Part shown: positions 59,622 through 64,000 of the stretch, piece by piece
Layout of the letters: the number at the start of each line of letters is the position of its first letter
How positions within the stretch are numbered: the first letter of the stretch is position 1
IMG/VR virus record: IMGVR_UViG_3300043470_001272
Strand: one strand, 5' to 3'
Length of the DNA stretch: 64,000 nucleotides
Origin: an uncultured virus (IMG/VR IMGVR_UViG_3300043470_001272)
Lineage: Duplodnaviria > Heunggongvirae > Uroviricota > Caudoviricetes
The notes under the pieces: model-generated
What the model was told of the DNA's origin: nothing
Database searches by the model: none
Seen by the model: only the letters and a program-made list of their open reading frames with translations
Position numbers and translations under genes: made by a program

Positions 59622-62600
59622 TTATAAGTATTCTACTTCACCTCCATTAGCAAGGAAATCTGCTAAATCTTCTTCTGTCATATCAACTTCTTCATCTTCA
59701 TAGTAGTCATCCATAGCACCACCATATTGTTTACTTTGACTATAAGCTCTTTGACCCATATCACCTGCTACACCACTGTTGGTATCTTCATATCCTTTAT
59801 TTGGACTTGGATCAACAGCAACAAGATTTTCTATATTTAATTTATCATACATTTTTCTTTTTCTACGTTTATTTTTAAACTTATCAATTAATCCAGCAAC
59901 ACCTGTTAAACCAGCATTTATCATAGGTAAAGCTTCACCAAGATCTCCAGCAAACATATCTTTTCTTTTATAATCTTTAGTATATTCATCTGGTTCATAA
60001 ATACCTTGATCCATAACCTTTTGTTTACTTTGATCATATAAACTTTGACCAGCAACTTTAGAAGATATCATAGGCATAGGTTCAAATCTTTCATCTTGAG
60101 TTACAGGAGTTTCTAAACCAGGTTCAGCTTGTGGTAAAAACTTATGAAGACCTCCGTATTTATTTTTAAAATAATTATTTGCAGCATCAAATTCTTCTTG
60201 AGTTTTATAAACTGGTGCTGCTTTTTGATAGTAACCATCATCTGGTAAACCACTGTTATAATAATCTTTATAAGCCTCATAACTTTGTTTGTAATCTCCA
60301 TATTTTGGATTTCTTTGTACAAAGTTTGGATTATAATTATTATTAATGGGATATTTTACATTTTGACTTTTAAGTAATTCAGAAGGATTTGTAATCCAAG
60401 AAGGTGTATTATTTACAGGTTCTCTTTTTTCTACTTGATTAGCTTTTAAACCAGGACCGTAATATTGTGTATTTGCTGATGGAGTATTTTGATATGACCA
60501 GTTTCTATTTTTAGCTTGTTGCATATACTCAAGATTTCCTAATCTAGGTGTAGTATCAGTAGTTTCTGGAAACTGTTTTTCTCCTCTAGCTACTTGTCTA
60601 GCTGTTCTTCTTTCACCTCTTCCAATAGCACCAGTTGTACCGGCACCTAAGTCTTTAGTGTCAGTTGTTCCTTTTGGTGTAGTCATACTAGGAGCACTAC
60701 CTGCTAATCTTCTATCTTCAGGTTTACCTGTAGGATTATTATTATATGTAATACTATATTTTTTAGGTCTTCCTAACATACCTGTCTTAGTAACATTAAT
60801 ATTACTAATTTGAGCATTAGGATTAAAACCTTGCATTCCGGCAAATTGTTGACCAGTACGTTTATCATAAGGAGCTCTCATAGTTTTATCCCATGAACCC
60901 ATATACTGAGGCATTCCTGGTAAAGCTCTATTATTAATTAAAGGATTATATCCATAACCTTCCATTATTTTTTTACCAAAGTTACCCATCATATTTGGTG
61001 TACTACCAAAAGGATTTTGTCTTTGCATAAACTCTTGTTCCCATTTCTTTTTTTCTTCAGCTAATCTAGTTTCATAATCTGTAGCTTCCTCTTCATCTTC
61101 TGCTTCTGCTTCGGCTTTAGATTTGGCTTCTGCCTCTGCTTTGGCTTTGGCCTCCGCTTCTGCTTCTTCGTTTTTTCTTGGAAAACAATTAGTAGCTCCT
61201 GGAGGACAGTCATTTTCATCAGTTTCACTTCCTTCTTCATCACCTGCATACTGAGTTAACCCACCATATTTAAAATAAGGATCAGTAGTATCTTTAGAAT
61301 ATACATCATCTATGTCAGCTTGATCTATATCATTACCTCCATAAACAAATCTTTGTAAGTTACCGTAAGGATCTGACATAGGATTATCTACCATACCTCC
61401 TATTTGGTACATTTTAGATAAAGTATTATTAGGTGTACCTAATAAATTTTGAGCAGGATTTAACGAAGCTCCTTTGATTGTAGGAGTAGGTTTTTTATAC
61501 CATTCTGGTTGAGTTCCTTCTGACCATACTTTTTTATCAGGATCAAAACCAAACCATTTATTATCTTTTGATCTACCCCAAGCATCTTTATTAGATGGTT
61601 TTACAACCACATCATTTTCAGTATCTACTAAATTTTGTGAAGTATTTTCAGTAACAGATGGTGGTGTATAACCCCAATCTCCAGCAGCTGTTGCTGCAGC
61701 TCTCATTTCTTCTAATGTAGGTTGTGCAGATTTTTTTGTAGCATCTGTAGTGTTTTGAGAAGCTACTTCTTCTGTAGTTTTTTTATTAGTAGTTTTAGCT
61801 TTAGCTTCTGTCACTATTTTACCTGGTGTTTTAATGGTTTTACTTGTAGTACCATATCCATACATACTTGACAAATATGGATTATTAGCCAACTGCATTA
61901 ATGGACTCATACCAAACTCCATAGAATATTCTTTAGGTCTTCCAAAAAGCCCAGATCTTCTAACATCAAATTTAGTAACAGGACCTGTCATACCAAAAGG
62001 TATTTTTCTCATAGCTCTGTTAAATTGTCTCATTGCTCTTCTTTGTCCACCAAACTGCATATAATCTTGTTCTTCAGGAATAAAGTTTTGTAAAGCTAAT
62101 TCTTGATTATAATTATTTTGCATTGCTTGTAATTGCTCATATTCTTTTTCTGCTTGTTCTTTTGCTTTAGCAATTATAGATTGATTTTTTAAAGTACCTA
62201 CAAAAGATTGTTTCATATTATCTCTTACATCTTCACCAATAGGATCAGTATCAGTTGATTTAGCATCTCCGCCTAAATTTTTCTTTACTAATTTAAGTAC
62301 AGAGTTTACATAGTTTCTTTTGCTACCACCATATTTCATTATTAAATCTGCAGCAAATTGATTATCATCTACATCTTCATAAGTATCTTCATTGACTAGT
62401 TCTGCTTCTTCTTCAGTTTCAAAGTCTTCTTCTGGTATTATATTTTCTTCATCATCTAAAGAATTACTTGAAGTATTAGTAGTAGCAGCCATTTCTTCAT
62501 CTTCCTCTTCTTCACTATTTACTAATGAAGATTTAACAGAATTAATAAACTGTTTAGCTTGAACAGGATCTAATTTATGAATAGTAATTAATTTAAAAGC

Positions 62601-62813
62601 TATTTGTTGTTCTGGTACTTGATTAGATAAATCTGTAATTACAGAATTCATTAACATATCAGGAGACATCTCTTGTTGTTCTTGTTGTTGAGAAGGATAA
62701 CCTAATTGTGAAATATCAGGAACACCACCCATGTCCATCATCCATTTTGCAGTCTTATTAATATAAGCTCCAGTATCTCCACCAGCTTTATATATTCTTA
62801 CTTTTTTCTTCAT
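59622..62813 (-). CDS. putative virion cargo protein, 1063 aa, low complexity
   Basis: Many KYGG/QFGG/QYGG motifs; internal duplicate G(L/M)(F/L)GRPK.YS. Confidence 0.7.
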   Translation of the reverse strand: MKKKVRIYKAGGDTGAYINKTAKWMMDMGGVPDISQLGYPSQQQEQQEMSPDMLMNSVITDLSNQVPEQQIAFKLITIHKLDPVQAKQFINSVKSSLVNSEEEEDEEMAATTNTSSNSLDDEENIIPEEDFETEEEAELVNEDTYEDVDDNQFAADLIMKYGGSKRNYVNSVLKLVKKNLGGDAKSTDTDPIGEDVRDNMKQSFVGTLKNQSIIAKAKEQAEKEYEQLQAMQNNYNQELALQNFIPEEQDYMQFGGQRRAMRQFNRAMRKIPFGMTGPVTKFDVRRSGLFGRPKEYSMEFGMSPLMQLANNPYLSSMYGYGTTSKTIKTPGKIVTEAKAKTTNKKTTEEVASQNTTDATKKSAQPTLEEMRAAATAAGDWGYTPPSVTENTSQNLVDTENDVVVKPSNKDAWGRSKDNKWFGFDPDKKVWSEGTQPEWYKKPTPTIKGASLNPAQNLLGTPNNTLSKMYQIGGMVDNPMSDPYGNLQRFVYGGNDIDQADIDDVYSKDTTDPYFKYGGLTQYAGDEEGSETDENDCPPGATNCFPRKNEEAEAEAKAKAEAEAKSKAEAEAEDEEEATDYETRLAEEKKKWEQEFMQRQNPFGSTPNMMGNFGKKIMEGYGYNPLINNRALPGMPQYMGSWDKTMRAPYDKRTGQQFAGMQGFNPNAQISNINVTKTGMLGRPKKYSITYNNNPTGKPEDRRLAGSAPSMTTPKGTTDTKDLGAGTTGAIGRGERRTARQVARGEKQFPETTDTTPRLGNLEYMQQAKNRNWSYQNTPSANTQYYGPGLKANQVEKREPVNNTPSWITNPSELLKSQNVKYPINNNYNPNFVQRNPKYGDYKQSYEAYKDYYNSGLPDDGYYQKAAPVYKTQEEFDAANNYFKNKYGGLHKFLPQAEPGLETPVTQDERFEPMPMISSKVAGQSLYDQSKQKVMDQGIYEPDEYTKDYKRKDMFAGDLGEALPMINAGLTGVAGLIDKFKNKRRKRKMYDKLNIENLVAVDPSPNKGYEDTNSGVAGDMGQRAYSQSKQYGGAMDDYYEDEEVDMTEEDLADFLANGGEVEYL

Positions 62814-62856
62814 GTTATTGATTATAATATAATATACTAAATTTTAATTTATTAAA

Positions 62857-62873
62857 TAAACTTTAAATGTTTA
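62857..62873 (-). promoter_or_regulatory. 17-bp near-palindromic upstream motif, copy 2
   Basis: + strand TAAACTTTAAATGTTTA. Confidence 0.5.
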
Positions 62874-63998
62874 TTACAGTTTAACTATAGTATAGCCTTG
62901 AGACTTATACCAGTCTATTTCTTCATCTGTTAGTTCAGCATCTACATAACCTCCTTCTTTAAAACCAACAGCAGAACCAATAGTTCTAAGCATATAGGGA
63001 TCAGGATTTTTTAAAAATTCTGAAGGTGAATTTATACTTTCATTAAAACCTTCTATAAAAGCATCAGCTCTTGTTGGTACATAATTACCTGCTCTCCTTA
63101 CATCTTCTATAGTTTTATTATTTTCTCTCATAACTTGTTGACCTGATTCATCTATATAATCATATGGATTATATGTTGCAGCAGCACCAGCTGCACCTAA
63201 ACCTCCCCAGAAAGCTGAATTCTTAACAAATTTTTCACCAACATTCTGTAAACCAGCTCCTGTTGTTGACCATTGAAATTCATTATTTAAAAGTTTTTGT
63301 TTATCAATAGGAACATATCTATTTGAAAAAGGTAACCTTCTATTTAAAGATAAACCTTCATCTGATAAAGATATTTGTGATAACGGATTACCTGTTGTTT
63401 TAGATTGTAAAGGAGATAGGGCATTTTTTTTATTAAAAGTTCTACCAAGAACTCCTTGTTTCATAGGGTCTCCTAAAACTATATCAGAATTTTGTACAGC
63501 ATCATCAAACTTTGCAGAATATATATCAGCATTAGATCTATTTAATTTAGTTGTTATAGGTTGATCAACACCTTTACCTACTAAACTTTTAGCTTTTCCT
63601 ATAAGTCCTTTTTGTTCAACAAGATTACCGTTTTTAATATTCTTGTTAATTACATTACCTAAAGGTTTAACAGCTCCTTCTAATTTTTTACCATAACCAG
63701 GAATATAATTTAAAGGACTGATTTTATTTAAAGTCTTATTAAGAAAAGGTGCAAAATATGCTTCATCTGCTAAAGTAGCTGCTACTTTATTTGAAGGACC
63801 TACTGCATTTTTAATTAAGTCAGGAGATATACCAGCATTTAATGTACCACTAGTATTTCTACTAACATTACTAGCTAGTTTACTTACATCATCTCCAGAA
63901 GTAGCTAAACTTTTAAAAGCATTACTCCCAACATTTTTAAGAGCTTTTGCACCTTTACCAGCAAGACCTAATCCAGGTACAACTTCTAAAGCAGCCAT
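62874..63998 (-). CDS. 3' part of a putative virion protein (start probably lies beyond the window)
   Basis: ORF open to the window edge; ends FKEGG..DAELTDEEI..YKSQGYTIVKL. Confidence 0.7.
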   Translation of the reverse strand: MAALEVVPGLGLAGKGAKALKNVGSNAFKSLATSGDDVSKLASNVSRNTSGTLNAGISPDLIKNAVGPSNKVAATLADEAYFAPFLNKTLNKISPLNYIPGYGKKLEGAVKPLGNVINKNIKNGNLVEQKGLIGKAKSLVGKGVDQPITTKLNRSNADIYSAKFDDAVQNSDIVLGDPMKQGVLGRTFNKKNALSPLQSKTTGNPLSQISLSDEGLSLNRRLPFSNRYVPIDKQKLLNNEFQWSTTGAGLQNVGEKFVKNSAFWGGLGAAGAAATYNPYDYIDESGQQVMRENNKTIEDVRRAGNYVPTRADAFIEGFNESINSPSEFLKNPDPYMLRTIGSAVGFKEGGYVDAELTDEEIDWYKSQGYTIVKL

Positions 63999-64000
63999 TG

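Noticed and set aside
61095..61170. GC-richer repeat stretch as a mobile or regulatory element
   Set aside because: It simply encodes an EAEAKAKA low-complexity helix
34336..62064. Plus-strand ORFs inside the giant minus-strand genes (e.g. 47424-47879, 58548-59093)
   Set aside because: They are antisense shadows with F/S/L-rich composition, fully nested in much longer ORFs

Overview
This very AT-rich window is a segment of a large crAss-like (Crassvirales-related) phage genome, most likely infecting Bacteroidota/Flavobacteria. It has two convergent halves that meet at a hairpin terminator near 31.1 kb. The + strand (1-31103) carries many small accessory genes and a replication/recombination module: SF2 helicase, ClpS-like adaptor, sigma4/alpha-CTD protein, UNG, DnaB-like helicase, Sak4-like AAA ATPase split by a group I intron with an HNH endonuclease, SSB-like protein, primase, vWA/MoxR pair, PD-(D/E)XK exonuclease, family B DNA polymerase and a MazG-like pyrophosphatase. 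The - strand (31125-64000) carries very large putative virion-packaged (ejected) proteins, including a 4192-aa crAss-type RNA polymerase with zincin, SLOG-like and ART-like domains. Three observations stand out. (1) Four consecutive proteins of this block (three giant, one of 290 aa) appear to contain cysteine only at their facing termini, suggesting a head-to-tail disulfide or metal-linked chain. (2) Arrays of small genes are joined by repeated stop-start junction motifs, several of which survive as non-coding orphan gene ends, suggesting cassette-like gene shuffling. (3) The IA2-type intron can be folded by eye, and its endonuclease ORF runs through the ribozyme core. All calls are from motif reading by eye; no database searches were run.
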